Source: an uncultured PS1 clade bacterium (GTDB lineage Bacteria > Pseudomonadota > Alphaproteobacteria > MED-G09). From it: a stretch of DNA of 64,000 bases. Below are positions 33,080 through 43,153 of the stretch, in pieces. Position numbers and translations under genes: made by a program. The notes beneath the pieces are model-generated. The model was not told the origin of the DNA, did no database searches, and saw only the letters and a list, made by a program, of their open reading frames with translations. The first letter of the stretch is position 1, and each line of letters begins with the position of its first letter. The stretch covers positions 4,949 to 68,948 of the forward strand of contig CACLNZ010000003.1 of the NCBI GenBank assembly GCA_902608415.1. Reading direction: 5' to 3'.

Positions 33080-34361
33080 AATTCTCATTGCTTTCTTTCT
33101 GGTATTGATCAATTCTATCTTCAATGTGATGTCTAAAGTGTCTTATTAGTCCTTGGATTGGCCATGCGGCGGCATCTCCTAGGGCGCAAATTGTATGACC
33201 TTCTATTCTTTTTGTAAGACTTAAAAGAGTATCTATATCCTCTTTTTTTGCTTCACCTTTAGCCATCTTTTCCATCATCTCCCATAACCAACCAGTTCCC
33301 TCTCTGCATGGAGTGCATTGACCGCAGCTTTCATGTTTATAAAAATAAGAAATTCTTGATATTGCTTTTATTAAATCTGTTGATTTATCCATCACTATAA
33401 CAGCAGCTGTTCCCAATCCAGACTTGACAGCTTGAAGAGAGTCAAAGTCCATAAGAACTTCATCACAAATCTCTTTGGGTATCATTGGTACTGATGAACC
33501 ACCTGGAATTACAGCTAAGAGATTATCCCATCCTCCTATTACTCCTCCTGCATGTTTCTCAATCAAATCCTTTAATGGAATTCCCATCTCTTCTTCAACA
33601 TTACAAGGCTTATTAACATGACCAGATATGCAAAAAATTTTAGTACCAGTATTATTTTCTTTACCAATACCAGAAAACCAACTAGAGCCTCTTCTAAGTA
33701 TCGTTGGAACAACCGCAATACTTTCGACATTATTTACAGTAGTCGGACATCCATATAAACCTGCTGCAGCGGGGAAAGGTGGTTTTAATCTTGGCATGCC
33801 TTTTTTACCTTCTAAACTCTCTAGTAAAGCTGTTTCTTCACCGCAAATATAAGCTCCAGCACCATGATGGATAAAAATTTCAATATCCAAACCGCTACCA
33901 CATGCATTTTTACCTACTAAACCATCATCATAAGCTTCTTTTAAGGCTGACTCGAGAACGTGTCTTTCATTAATAAATTCACCTCTAATGTATATATAAC
34001 AAACTTGGGCGCCCATAGCTGCACATGCGATAACGCAACCTTCTAATAATTTATGAGGTTCATTTCTTAATATTTCGCGATCTTTACATGTACCTGGTTC
34101 AGACTCATCAGCATTAACAACTAAATAATGCGTCTTTCCAGTTGGTTCTTTAGGCATAAAAGTCCATTTAACGCCTGTAGAAAATCCAGCACCACCTCTT
34201 CCTCGCAAACCAGAAGAAATAACTTCCTCAGTAATTTTTTCTCTACCTTTTAATAAAATATCCTTTGTGTTGTCCCAGTCACCGCGGAGTTTAGCATTGA
34301 CTAAATTCCATGGCTCAAAACCATATAAATTATTAAAAATTTTATCTTTATTATCTAACAT
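33072..34361 (-). CDS. nuoF: NADH-quinone oxidoreductase subunit F
   Basis: 429 aa with the FMN/NADH site [13 protein letters not shown] and the 4Fe-4S motif [12 protein letters not shown]. Confidence 0.96.
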   Translation of the reverse strand: MLDNKDKIFNNLYGFEPWNLVNAKLRGDWDNTKDILLKGREKITEEVISSGLRGRGGAGFSTGVKWTFMPKEPTGKTHYLVVNADESEPGTCKDREILRNEPHKLLEGCVIACAAMGAQVCYIYIRGEFINERHVLESALKEAYDDGLVGKNACGSGLDIEIFIHHGAGAYICGEETALLESLEGKKGMPRLKPPFPAAAGLYGCPTTVNNVESIAVVPTILRRGSSWFSGIGKENNTGTKIFCISGHVNKPCNVEEEMGIPLKDLIEKHAGGVIGGWDNLLAVIPGGSSVPMIPKEICDEVLMDFDSLQAVKSGLGTAAVIVMDKSTDLIKAISRISYFYKHESCGQCTPCREGTGWLWEMMEKMAKGEAKKEDIDTLLSLTKRIEGHTICALGDAAAWPIQGLIRHFRHHIEDRIDQYQKESNENYG

Positions 34362-34937
34362 TTAGTCTCTTTCTAATGGTTCAGAAGATTTACGACCTAT
34401 TTGGGATCCTTTAATAATGTTTTTTTTATTTTTTATATCTTTTAGAATTTTTACCGTTCTTTCGTAATCTAAATCTTCATAATAATCATCATTAATCTGT
34501 ATCATTGGTGCATTAACACATGCACCCAAGCATTCAACTTCTATCCAACATATTCCATCTTTAGAAACTTCACGTTCTTGGCCAATATAGTCTTTACAAG
34601 CCTTCTTGATATTTTCAGCCCCTCTAAGCCAGCAAGGAGTTGTGCCACAGACTTGGACAAAATGATCTCCGCTTGGCTGTAAGTTGAACATTGAATAAAA
34701 AGTAGCAATTTCAAGAACCCTAATTTTTGGCATATCTAAAAAATCGGAGACAGCCAGTATCGCTTTTTCAGGAAGCCAACCCCCTGCTTTACGTTGAGCA
34801 TAAAATAAGCTTGGCACAACCGCAGATTGTTTTTTATCCTCTGGATAATTTTCTAATAAAGAATTTAAAAATTTTAAATCTTGGTTATCAAATTTAAAAT
34901 TTATATCTTGGTTATCTGCTAGTCTTCTAACTGTCAT
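34362..34937 (-). CDS. nuoE: NADH-quinone oxidoreductase subunit E
   Basis: 191 aa, thioredoxin-like 2Fe-2S subunit ([11 protein letters not shown] ... [10 protein letters not shown]). Confidence 0.94.
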   Translation of the reverse strand: MTVRRLADNQDINFKFDNQDLKFLNSLLENYPEDKKQSAVVPSLFYAQRKAGGWLPEKAILAVSDFLDMPKIRVLEIATFYSMFNLQPSGDHFVQVCGTTPCWLRGAENIKKACKDYIGQEREVSKDGICWIEVECLGACVNAPMIQINDDYYEDLDYERTVKILKDIKNKKNIIKGSQIGRKSSEPLERD

Positions 34938-36112
34938 CTATCTACCTCACCAAAAACAAGGTCTAAAGATCCTAAAACAGCTGATAAATCTGGTAGAAGA
35001 TGACCTCTTGTTAAGTAATCTAAGGCTTGAAGATGAGCAAAACCAGGGGCTCTAATTTTACATCGATAAGGCTTATTTGTGCCATCGGCTATTAGATAAA
35101 CACCAAACTCTCCTTTTGGGGCTTCAATAGAAGCATAAACTTCACCAGGTCCTACATCATATCCTTCAGTGTATAATTTAAAATGATGAATTAGAGCTTC
35201 CATAGAGACTTTCATTTCAGCTCTTTTTGGTGGTGCTACTTTTCTATCCTCGGTGATAATTGGCCCTGGTTTAAGCTTTTCAATTGATTGTTTCATTATT
35301 AACACTGACTGTCTGCACTCTTCTACTCTTATTAAATACCTATCATAATTATCACCATTTTTTCCTACGGGTATTTTAAAATCATATTCATCATAAGATT
35401 CATAAGGCTGAGTCTTTCTAAGATCCCAATTATAACCTGATCCTCTGGCCATAACACCAGTTAAACCCCAATCTAACACATCCTTCTTAGTAACAACCCC
35501 AATATCAACATTTCTTTGTTTGAAGATCCTGTTTTCTGTAAGCAAACTTTCAAGATCATCAACTACCTTTAAAAATGGGTCGCAGAATTCATATATATCA
35601 TTTATTAAACTTTCATCTATATCTTGATGAACGCCGCCGGTTCTAAAATAAGCAGCATGAAGTCGAGATCCACATGCTCTTTCATAAAAGGTCATTAATT
35701 TTTCTCTTTCCTCCCAACCCCATAATGTTGGCGTTAGTGCTCCAACATCCATAGCCTGCGCGGGCACATTAATCATATGATTAAGAATTCTTCCTATTTC
35801 TGAAAATAAAACTCTAATATGTTGAGCTCTTATAGGCACACTAATATTAAGTAACTGTTCAGTAGCAATAGCAAAAGCATGTTCTTGATTCATCGGGGCT
35901 ACATAATCCAACCTGTCAAAATAAGGTAATGCTTGTAGATATGTTTTACTCTCAATTAATTTTTCGGTTCCTCTATGCAGTAATCCTATATGAGGCTCAA
36001 CCCTTTCAACGACTTCTCCATCTAAATCAAGAATTAATCTTAGAACACCATGAGCAGCTGGGTGCTGAGGTCCAAAATTTATCCTAAATTTTTTATTTTC
36101 TTTTTCAGTCAT
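34934..36112 (-). CDS. nuoD: NADH-quinone oxidoreductase subunit D
   Basis: [15 protein letters not shown] motif. The ORF-track start (36181) lies inside nuoC. The ATG at 36112 gives [18 protein letters not shown] with an 8-nt overlap ATGACTGA with the nuoC stop (392 aa). Confidence 0.94.
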   Translation of the reverse strand: MTEKENKKFRINFGPQHPAAHGVLRLILDLDGEVVERVEPHIGLLHRGTEKLIESKTYLQALPYFDRLDYVAPMNQEHAFAIATEQLLNISVPIRAQHIRVLFSEIGRILNHMINVPAQAMDVGALTPTLWGWEEREKLMTFYERACGSRLHAAYFRTGGVHQDIDESLINDIYEFCDPFLKVVDDLESLLTENRIFKQRNVDIGVVTKKDVLDWGLTGVMARGSGYNWDLRKTQPYESYDEYDFKIPVGKNGDNYDRYLIRVEECRQSVLIMKQSIEKLKPGPIITEDRKVAPPKRAEMKVSMEALIHHFKLYTEGYDVGPGEVYASIEAPKGEFGVYLIADGTNKPYRCKIRAPGFAHLQALDYLTRGHLLPDLSAVLGSLDLVFGEVDR

Positions 36113-36728
36113 CAGTGTTTTCTTCTCTATCGTTTTGGTTTTCAGGATACTTAAAACCTTTCCATGCACTTTCGAAATCAAAATCTCTGTATTCCTGCTT
36201 TAAATCTACTTTCTCATAGATGACTCTTTCTTGATCAGAGTCATATCTAACTTCTACATTACCGGTTAATGGAAAGTCCTTTCTCAAGGGGTGGCCCTCA
36301 AAACCATAATCAGTTAAAAGTCTTCTAAGATCGTCATGTCCGCTAAAATTAATACCATATAAATCGAAGGCCTCTCTTTCATACCAATCAGCTGCTGGAT
36401 ATATTTTTTTAATTGAAGGAACTGAATTAGAGTTATCAGTAAAAGCTTTGACGGTAATCCGAGAGTTATTACTCATAGACAATAGATTATATACAACTTG
36501 GAATCTAATTTCTTCATGAGGAAGATCTACTCCACATAAATCAGTAAGTTGTGTAAAAGCAAAAACTTCTTCATCTTTTAAAATTTTAAAAACATTAATT
36601 ATGTTTGATTGATCAACACGAATAATCAAATTTTTATCAAATATATCTCTTTTTATAATAAAAGAGTTCAGTAACTCAAAATTGTTAATTTCTTGAGATA
36701 GAGTATCAGGCATTTTGAATTTTTTCAT
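36105..36728 (-). CDS. nuoC: NADH-quinone oxidoreductase subunit C
   Basis: 207 aa with the ERE..D..G and [11 protein letters not shown] motifs of the 30-kDa subunit. Confidence 0.93.
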   Translation of the reverse strand: MKKFKMPDTLSQEINNFELLNSFIIKRDIFDKNLIIRVDQSNIINVFKILKDEEVFAFTQLTDLCGVDLPHEEIRFQVVYNLLSMSNNSRITVKAFTDNSNSVPSIKKIYPAADWYEREAFDLYGINFSGHDDLRRLLTDYGFEGHPLRKDFPLTGNVEVRYDSDQERVIYEKVDLKQEYRDFDFESAWKGFKYPENQNDREENTDD

Positions 36729-36737
36729 AAGGTTTCT

Positions 36738-37235
36738 CTATCTTTCTATTGTTCCTGTTCTTCTAATTTTCTTTTGAAGTTGAAGTATTCCATACATTAA
36801 GGCTTCTGCTGTAGGCGGGCATCCGGGTACATAGATGTCTACAGGTAAAATTCTATCACAACCTCTTACCACTGAATAAGAGTAATGATAGTAACCTCCT
36901 CCATTTGCACATGATCCCATAGATACTACATATCTTGGCTCAGGCATTTGATCGTATACTTTCCTAATTGCTGGAGCCATTTTATTTGTTAGTGTACCTG
37001 CAACTATCATTACATCTGATTGACGAGGAGAGCCTCTGGGAGCCGCTCCATATCTTTCAAGATCATAGCGAGGGCCATTTGTCTGAAACATCTCAATTGC
37101 ACAGCAAGCAAGACCAAATGTCATCCAATGAAGTGAACCGGTTCTTGCCCAATTTATAAGAGCTTCTGTAGAAGTAATAAAGAAACCCTTATTATCAATT
37201 TCTGTTGATAATTTTTTTACATCTTTGTTTTCCAT
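36738..37235 (-). CDS. nuoB: NADH-quinone oxidoreductase subunit B
   Basis: [23 protein letters not shown] and VPGCPP motifs for cluster N2. Three in-frame ATGs are possible (37265, 37244, 37235). 37235 forms a TAATG junction with the nuoA stop and gives [19 protein letters not shown], similar in length to other alphaproteobacterial NuoB proteins. The start is uncertain by up to 10 codons. Confidence 0.9.
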   Translation of the reverse strand: MENKDVKKLSTEIDNKGFFITSTEALINWARTGSLHWMTFGLACCAIEMFQTNGPRYDLERYGAAPRGSPRQSDVMIVAGTLTNKMAPAIRKVYDQMPEPRYVVSMGSCANGGGYYHYSYSVVRGCDRILPVDIYVPGCPPTAEALMYGILQLQKKIRRTGTIER

Positions 37236-37600
37236 TAATCCCATTCCAAAGCACCTTTTTTCCATTCATAAATAAAACCAATAGTAAGCACTCCAAGAAA
37301 AACCATCATTGATACAAAACCAAAAATACCTATATCCCCAAAAACTACTGCCCAAGGAAACAAAAATGCGACCTCTAAATCAAAAATTATAAAAAGAATA
37401 GCAACTAGGTAAAATCTAATGTCAAATTTAGTTCTTGCATCATCAAAAGGTTCAAATCCACATTCATACTGAGATAATTTCTCTTTATCAGGGTTTTTAG
37501 GAGCAAATAATATAGGAGGTAGTGTCAAAGCTATAACAACAAAAGCAGCTAAAGACATAAAAATTAATATTGGAAGGTAGTCGTTCAAAATGGGATGCAT
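37235..37600 (-). CDS. nuoA: NADH-quinone oxidoreductase subunit A
   Basis: 121 aa with three TMs and the YECGFEPF motif. GGAGAGG SD upstream. First gene of the operon. Confidence 0.94.
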   Translation of the reverse strand: MHPILNDYLPILIFMSLAAFVVIALTLPPILFAPKNPDKEKLSQYECGFEPFDDARTKFDIRFYLVAILFIIFDLEVAFLFPWAVVFGDIGIFGFVSMMVFLGVLTIGFIYEWKKGALEWD

Positions 37601-37716
37601 TTAACCTCTCCATATAAAAAATTATAAATTTAAGAAACTTATAACCGATTCAAGCTTTGTTTACATGATTATATATAGGAATAAATAATTTTTTTCCAAG
37701 GTTTTCGGGGAAAAAA

Positions 37717-38472
37717 TTACGATAATAAAAACCTTTTAACCTCATCATTGAAAGCATCTGGTTGATCAATATTAACAGCGTGACCAGCATCCTTAATGAT
37801 AATTTTTATTGAATTTTTAATCTTTTTTTCCATATAATCTGCTGCGGCAAGAAATGGTTTATCATGTTCGCCTACGACAATTAATGAAGGTACCTTTATA
37901 TTAGGTAGCTCATTGATTATTCTATCATCTTTTTGAGTTAGCATACCTTTTGCAGCATTAACTAATCCTTTAGCATTTCTGTGGTTAATCGGATTCATCT
38001 CCTTACTTTTACCAATTAAACTATCTAAACCAAATTCGTCGAATTTTTTTGCTTGCTTTAAAGCGTAATTATTCCAACCTTCTCTTGCATCAGCGTTTTT
38101 AAAACCAGGTCCAGTATCAATTATTAATAAAGATTCGACCATTTCCGGATATTTATAATAGAAAGCTAAAGACATATATCCTCCTAATGACATACCGCCA
38201 ATATTAACTTTATCAATTTTTAAATTAACTAAAATTGCCCTTATGTCTTCAATTGTTTCTTCTTCACTGTATAGTTTCTCATCATCAGGATAATCGGTTT
38301 GTCCATGTCCTCTCATATCCCAAACTATGAGAGTAAAATGTTTGCTTAATGTGTTAATTTGATCATCCCACATTTTAGAAGTTGCAGAGAAACCGTGTGT
38401 TAGAAAAAGCGCGGGTCCACTTCCATAAATTTCATAATTAATCTCTACTCCATTTCTGTCTATCTTAGGCAT
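37717..38472 (-). CDS. alpha/beta-fold hydrolase
   Basis: 251 aa with oxyanion HGF, nucleophile elbow GMSLGG and C-terminal AGHAVN (catalytic His). Substrate unknown. Confidence 0.8.
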   Translation of the reverse strand: MPKIDRNGVEINYEIYGSGPALFLTHGFSATSKMWDDQINTLSKHFTLIVWDMRGHGQTDYPDDEKLYSEEETIEDIRAILVNLKIDKVNIGGMSLGGYMSLAFYYKYPEMVESLLIIDTGPGFKNADAREGWNNYALKQAKKFDEFGLDSLIGKSKEMNPINHRNAKGLVNAAKGMLTQKDDRIINELPNIKVPSLIVVGEHDKPFLAAADYMEKKIKNSIKIIIKDAGHAVNIDQPDAFNDEVKRFLLS

Positions 38473-38481
38473 ATTTTTATT

Positions 38482-39909
38482 TTAAGCTTTAATTTGAGAT
38501 TTAAGTGCTTTTCTTGCCTTAGATCCGTATGGTGGTCTAAATACAGATATAACATTATCTAATTTTGTTTGAGTAAAGATAGTTTTAGCATGAGAAAAAT
38601 TCTTAAACCCTTCCTCACCATGATATGAACCCATTCCAGATGGACCAACACCCCCAAAAGGAGCATTATCCTGAGCTACATGGAAAATTACATCATTAAC
38701 TGTAACACCGCCAGATGTTGTTTTATCTAAAACAGTGGATAATTCATCATCATTATTCCCAAAATAATATAAACCAAGTGGTCTATCTTTTTTATTAACA
38801 TAATCAATTGTTTCACCGAATTCTTTATATGTTTTTATTGGTAAAATTGGCCCAAATATTTCCTCCTGCATCACCTTTAAGTTATCATCTGGATTAATTA
38901 ATAATGTTGGAGGAATTTTAAAATGCTCCTGTTGTTCAAAATCTTCTTCAGCAGGATTAATTTCTATAACCTCACATCCGTTATCTTTTGCCTCATCAAT
39001 ATAAGATTTAAGTCTAGAATAATGTCTTTCATTAATTACAGAGGTATAATCATCGTTATCTTTTATTGAAGGAAACATACTTGAAACAGTCTCTTTCGTA
39101 TGCGCCACAAATTTATTTAGTTTATTTTCTGGTAACAATACATAATCAGGAGCAAGACAAATTTGACCCGCATTCATAGTTTTGCCTGCAATAATCCTTT
39201 TTGAAGATTGCTCAATATTACTTGTATCGGAGATTATAACTGGAGATTTTCCTCCTAATTCGAGAGTTACAGGAACAAGATTATCAGAAGCGGCTCTCAT
39301 AACATGCTTTCCTATTGATGTTGCACCCGTAAATAGTAGATGGTCGAATGGAAGAGATGAAAAATCTGCACCTACTTCAGGACCTCCTGTTATAACTGCA
39401 ACCTCTTCCTCAGAAAAATTATCCTCAAACATATTTTTCATTAATTCTGATGTTCTTGGAGTAAATTCTGACGGCTTTATCATTACACGATTACCAGCAG
39501 AAAAAATACTTCCCAAAGGGCCAAAAGTTAATACAACGGGAAAATTCCAAGGGCTTATAAGTCCAATTGTTCCTAATGGTTGATATTCAACTCTTAATTT
39601 CGCACCTAGTAAACCCAAGATTGCTGGTGATACTTTTCTTTTTGAAGGCTTCATCCATTGTTTAATATTATTTTTAGCAATTTTGAGTGATGTTATTGAT
39701 GAGGCTACATCAGTTAACAAAGAACTAGTTTTGCTTCTATGACTAAAGTCTTTTGATATTGCTACTGGGATTTTATCTTGGTACTCAATAATAGAATTAA
39801 TAAGTCTATCAATCCATTCTTTTCTCTGTTCAAGTGATAAAGGGCCATCTCTTAAATGAGCTTTCTTCTGAACTTCCAATATTCTTTCTAATTCTTTTTT
39901 GTCTGACAT
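38482..39909 (-). CDS. NAD(P)-dependent aldehyde dehydrogenase (coniferyl-aldehyde-dehydrogenase-like)
   Basis: ELGGKSP and catalytic-Cys region NAGQICLAPDY. The ORF-track TTG start (39921) actually contains the SD: TTGAGGATTAAAATG. The ATG at 39909 is taken as the start (475 aa). Confidence 0.88.
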   Translation of the reverse strand: MSDKKELERILEVQKKAHLRDGPLSLEQRKEWIDRLINSIIEYQDKIPVAISKDFSHRSKTSSLLTDVASSITSLKIAKNNIKQWMKPSKRKVSPAILGLLGAKLRVEYQPLGTIGLISPWNFPVVLTFGPLGSIFSAGNRVMIKPSEFTPRTSELMKNMFEDNFSEEEVAVITGGPEVGADFSSLPFDHLLFTGATSIGKHVMRAASDNLVPVTLELGGKSPVIISDTSNIEQSSKRIIAGKTMNAGQICLAPDYVLLPENKLNKFVAHTKETVSSMFPSIKDNDDYTSVINERHYSRLKSYIDEAKDNGCEVIEINPAEEDFEQQEHFKIPPTLLINPDDNLKVMQEEIFGPILPIKTYKEFGETIDYVNKKDRPLGLYYFGNNDDELSTVLDKTTSGGVTVNDVIFHVAQDNAPFGGVGPSGMGSYHGEEGFKNFSHAKTIFTQTKLDNVISVFRPPYGSKARKALKSQIKA

Positions 39910-39978
39910 TTTAATCCTCAATAAATTTAATATAAATTTATATAAAGATTAGAAATCAGGCAACAAATAGATTTAAGA

Positions 39979-40055
39979 TGGCGGGAGTGACGAGACTCGA
40001 ACTCGCGGCCTCTGGCGTGACAGGCCAGCGCTCTAACCAACTGAGCTACACCCCC
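39979..40055 (-). tRNA. tRNA-Asp (anticodon GTC), CCA encoded
   Basis: Reverse complement is GGGGGTGTAGCTCAGTTGGTTAGAGCGCTGGCCTGTCACGCCAGAGGCCGCGAGTTCGAGTCTCGTCACTCCCGCCA. It folds by hand into a 7-bp acceptor, a GCTC/GAGC D stem, a CTGGC/GCCAG anticodon stem with loop CTGTCAC, and a TTCGAGT T-loop. 77 nt. Confidence 0.92.
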
Positions 40056-40108
40056 GCATTTAAATAACTTTTTAATCCTCAAGGGAATTTAAATCAAGCG
40101 TTTCTATG

Positions 40109-40141
40109 AAAAAGGTCTAATAAAAATTAGACCTTTTTTTT
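40109..40141. terminator. bidirectional intrinsic terminator between tRNA-Val and tRNA-Asp
   Basis: A5 run, then GGTCTAAT (40114-40121), loop AAAA, ATTAGACC (40126-40133), then T8. The 8-bp stem is perfect and has U-tracts available on both strands. Confidence 0.7.
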
Positions 40142-40147
40142 ATTCAA

Positions 40148-40223
40148 TGGTGGGCGGTGAGAGGCTCGAACTCCCGACCCTCTGGATGTAAACCAGATGC
40201 TCTACCAGCTGAGCTAACCGCCC
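40148..40223 (-). tRNA. tRNA-Val (anticodon TAC), CCA encoded
   Basis: Reverse complement is GGGCGGTTAGCTCAGCTGGTAGAGCATCTGGTTTACATCCAGAGGGTCGGGAGTTCGAGCCTCTCACCGCCCACCA. It forms a clean cloverleaf with anticodon loop TTTACAT. 76 nt. Confidence 0.93.
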
Positions 40224-40276
40224 AAAGACAATCTAAATATCTATATAAAATAAATTAGGTTTTGTCTTTGGTTTTT

Positions 40277-40552
40277 TTATCTATTAACGGCGTCTTTTAA
40301 ACCTTTACCAGATTTAAATTTTGCATTTTTAGATGCTGCTATTTGGATAGCTTCACCTGTTCTTGGGTTTCGTCCAGTAGTAGCAGCTCTATGGCTTACG
40401 GAAAAAGTTCCAAAACCAGTGATTTTTACATTACCACCGCCTGATAAAGCTGAAGTAACTGCACCAGTAAAAGCTTCTAAAGCTCTCCCAGCGTCTGCTT
40501 TACTTAAACCAGATGAACTTGCCATCGCATCGATTAGATCATTTTTATTCAT
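40277..40552 (-). CDS. hupB: DNA-binding protein HU
   Basis: 91 aa. MNKNDLIDAMA ... GFGTFSVSHRAATTGRNPRTGEAI is the canonical HU/IHF fold signature. Conserved lon-hupB order. Confidence 0.93.
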   Translation of the reverse strand: MNKNDLIDAMASSSGLSKADAGRALEAFTGAVTSALSGGGNVKITGFGTFSVSHRAATTGRNPRTGEAIQIAASKNAKFKSGKGLKDAVNR

Positions 40553-40587
40553 TTTTAAACCTCTTTAGTTTGTTGAATATCATTAAA

Positions 40588-40615
40588 TTTATGCTTAATC
40601 ACATATCAAGGTCAA
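40588..40615 (-). promoter_or_regulatory. candidate sigma-70 promoter for hupB
   Basis: Minus strand reads TTGACC (40615-40610), a 16-nt spacer, then CATAAA (40593-40588), between the lon stop and the hupB start. Sequence match only. Confidence 0.3.
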
Positions 40616-40634
40616 AAAAAATTGAATATTTTTT

Positions 40635-43040
40635 TTAATGAGCTGTAAAATTTTGCTTATTCTCTGATAATTTTCTTTGCTCTGCAAGCCATGCATCTTC
40701 ATCCCAATCAATTGCATCTGGTTTTCTTACTAAAGCAAGTTCGAGAGCTTCATCAATTGTTGAAACTAATTTTATATCGAGTTTATCTTTAATGTTATCA
40801 GGAACCTCTGATAGCTCGCGATCATTCTCTGATGGAACTAATACAGTTTTAATACCTGATCTTAAAGCAGCTAATAATTTTTCTTTCAAACCTCCAATAG
40901 GAAGAACACGACCTCTTAATGACATTTCTCCAGTCATCGCAACATCGTTTTTTACTGGGATTCCCGCCATTACAGAGATAATCGCTATAATCATTGCAAC
41001 ACCAGCTGAAGGGCCATCTTTTGGTGTAGCTCCTTCTGGAACATGGACATGGATATCTTTTCTTTGGAAGATCGGTGGTTCGATACCATAATTTACAGCT
41101 CTAGATCTTACAAACGAAGATGCAGCATCTATTGACTCCTTCATAACTTCCCCTAGCTTACCAGTAGTTCTAATTTTACCTTGACCAGGAACCATAACGG
41201 CTTCAACATTTAAGATATCACCTCCAACTTGTGTCCAAGCAAGGCCTGTAACAACACCGATTAAATCATCATTTTCTTTCTTTCCATATCTAAACTTTTT
41301 TACACCTAAATAATCAGAAATATTATCAGAACTTACATTTAGCGAATCACTTTTGTTTTGAGTAATTTCTTTAACCGCTTTTCTTCCGAGAGAATTTAGC
41401 TCTCTTTCAAGGTTTCTGACACCTGCTTCTCTAGTATAATTTTGTATTACGGACCTAATGACATCATCAGAAATTTTAAATTCCTTATCTGTAAGGGCAT
41501 TATTTTCCTTAACTTTTTCCATTAGGTGTCTTTTAGCAATTTCTAGTTTTTCTTCCTCCGTATAACCAGCTATTCTTATTATTTCCATTCTATCTAATAA
41601 TGGACCAGGAATATTCATTGTATTTGCAGTAGTAACAAACATAATTTGAGATAAATCATAATCAACTTCCAAATAATGGTCATTAAAAGCATTATTTTGC
41701 TCTGGATCTAAAACTTCTAATAGAGCAGATGCTGGATCACCTCTAAAATCTTGTCCTAATTTATCAATTTCATCTAAAAGGAAAATAGGATTTGATGTTT
41801 TAACTTTTTTTAATGCTTGAATTATTCTTCCAGGCATTGAACCAATATAAGTTCTTCTATGACCTCTAATTTCTGCTTCATCTCTAACGCCGCCAAGAGA
41901 CATTCTTATAAATTCCCTTCCAGTCGCACTTGCTATTGATTTTCCTAGTGAAGTTTTACCAACACCTGGAGGCCCTACAAGACATAATATTGGGCCTTTA
42001 ATTTTTGAAGATCTGTTTTGAACAGCTAAGTACTCCGTAATCCTATCTTTAACTTTTTCAAGACCATAATGATCTTTATCTAAAATTTCCTGAGATTTAT
42101 TTATATCTTTTTTAATTCTTTTCTTTTTGCCCCAAGGTATATCAAGCAACCAATCAAGATAATTTCTTACAACAGTAGCTTCAGCTGACATTGGACTCAT
42201 TTGTTTAAGTTTTTTTAGTTCATTTAAAGCTTTTTCTTTTGCTTCTTTAGATAGTTTAGTTTTATTAATTTTTTCAGTTAACTCAGCAATATCTTCTGAA
42301 GCACCACCTTCGCCATCTTCTAATTCTTTTTGAATAGCTTTCATTTGTTCATTCAGGTAATACTCTTTTTGAGTTTTTTCCATTTGGTTTTTAACTCTTC
42401 TTCGTATCTTTTTTTCAACCTGAAGAACTGATAATTCACCTTCAATATATGATAAAATCATATTTAACCTTTTTTCAAGATTATTTTCTTCAAGAATCTT
42501 TTGTTTTTCTTGAATATTAATAGCAATCTGACTTGCAACTGTATCAGCTAGCTTATCTTCATTTTCAATATCTTTTACAGAAGTTAGAACATCGGAAGAT
42601 GTTTTATTATTGATATTTGCATAAGTTTCATATTTAGAAACAACTGATCTTCCTAGCGCTTTAATCGTATCTGATATTTTCTCATTTTTTGGAAGCTCTT
42701 TAATTTCAGCATTAACAAAATCTGATTCGAATTTAATTTCCTTAACCTTACATCTAGCTATACCCTCGACAAGAACCTTAACAGTTCCGTCAGGTAACTT
42801 TAAAAGTTGAAGAATTTTTCCTTTGGTTCCTATTTTATATAAATCATTTTCTGAAGGATCATCCACTTCTGAATTCTTTTGCGAAAGAAATAAAAGTTCC
42901 TGATCTTTATCCATGACCTGTTCAAGAGCATTAATTGATTTATCTCGTCCAACAAAAAGAGGTACAACCATATTAGGAAACACAACAATATTTCTTAATG
43001 GAAGCACCGGTAAATTATTTGATTTTTTATCTTCAGTCAT
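40635..43040 (-). CDS. lon: ATP-dependent Lon protease
   Basis: 801 aa with a LON N-domain, Walker A GPPGVGKTS and the protease serine motif PKDGPSAG. Confidence 0.96.
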   Translation of the reverse strand: MTEDKKSNNLPVLPLRNIVVFPNMVVPLFVGRDKSINALEQVMDKDQELLFLSQKNSEVDDPSENDLYKIGTKGKILQLLKLPDGTVKVLVEGIARCKVKEIKFESDFVNAEIKELPKNEKISDTIKALGRSVVSKYETYANINNKTSSDVLTSVKDIENEDKLADTVASQIAINIQEKQKILEENNLEKRLNMILSYIEGELSVLQVEKKIRRRVKNQMEKTQKEYYLNEQMKAIQKELEDGEGGASEDIAELTEKINKTKLSKEAKEKALNELKKLKQMSPMSAEATVVRNYLDWLLDIPWGKKKRIKKDINKSQEILDKDHYGLEKVKDRITEYLAVQNRSSKIKGPILCLVGPPGVGKTSLGKSIASATGREFIRMSLGGVRDEAEIRGHRRTYIGSMPGRIIQALKKVKTSNPIFLLDEIDKLGQDFRGDPASALLEVLDPEQNNAFNDHYLEVDYDLSQIMFVTTANTMNIPGPLLDRMEIIRIAGYTEEEKLEIAKRHLMEKVKENNALTDKEFKISDDVIRSVIQNYTREAGVRNLERELNSLGRKAVKEITQNKSDSLNVSSDNISDYLGVKKFRYGKKENDDLIGVVTGLAWTQVGGDILNVEAVMVPGQGKIRTTGKLGEVMKESIDAASSFVRSRAVNYGIEPPIFQRKDIHVHVPEGATPKDGPSAGVAMIIAIISVMAGIPVKNDVAMTGEMSLRGRVLPIGGLKEKLLAALRSGIKTVLVPSENDRELSEVPDNIKDKLDIKLVSTIDEALELALVRKPDAIDWDEDAWLAEQRKLSENKQNFTAH

Positions 43041-43153
43041 TTTATATCCTATAGTTTATTTTCAGACGATTCTTCATAAAAAAGAATAGTTGTTTTAGCT
43101 ATAGTATATATTGTTATTAATTCTCGTCTTATCAAGACCTTATTTCAAAAAAA

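Noticed and set aside
33080-33124. 5' extensions of nuoG (to 33124), nuoD (to 36181), nuoM (to 26721), nuoB (to 37265), pyrH, glnB, glnII, the enoyl-CoA hydratase and the ALDH in the ORF track
   Set aside because: Longest-ORF calling ran into the upstream gene or over the SD, often from TTG codons. Conserved N-termini and stop/start coupling (ATGA, TAATG, 8-nt overlaps) support the shorter starts used here.
37694-37716. TTTTTTCC...GGAAAAAA pairing after the hydrolase stop as a terminator, and TTGGAA-N16-TATATA (37699-37672, minus strand) as the nuo promoter
   Set aside because: The stem is almost entirely A/T with an 11-nt loop, and the promoter match is weak for AT-rich DNA. Neither is strong enough to list as a feature.
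39182-39583. Plus-strand 133-aa ORF inside the aldehyde dehydrogenase gene, plus similar antisense ORFs (for example 31758-32108, 48980-49348, 49270-49593, 40792-41091)
   Set aside because: All lie entirely within well-supported genes on the other strand and have no start context or motifs. They are treated as shadow ORFs.
37601-40060. Genomic island integrated at tRNA-Asp
   Set aside because: There is no integrase or recombinase, no direct repeat of the tRNA-Asp 3' end near 37601-37716, and no visible change in base composition. It is reported only as a low-interest synteny question.
43105-43136. Possible sigma-32-like promoter upstream of lon (CTTGAT-N16-ACAATATAT on the minus strand)
   Set aside because: The -10 lacks the CCC run that defines RpoH promoters and cannot be told apart from random AT-rich sequence. 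It is kept only as a note for comparison with the clpP candidate.
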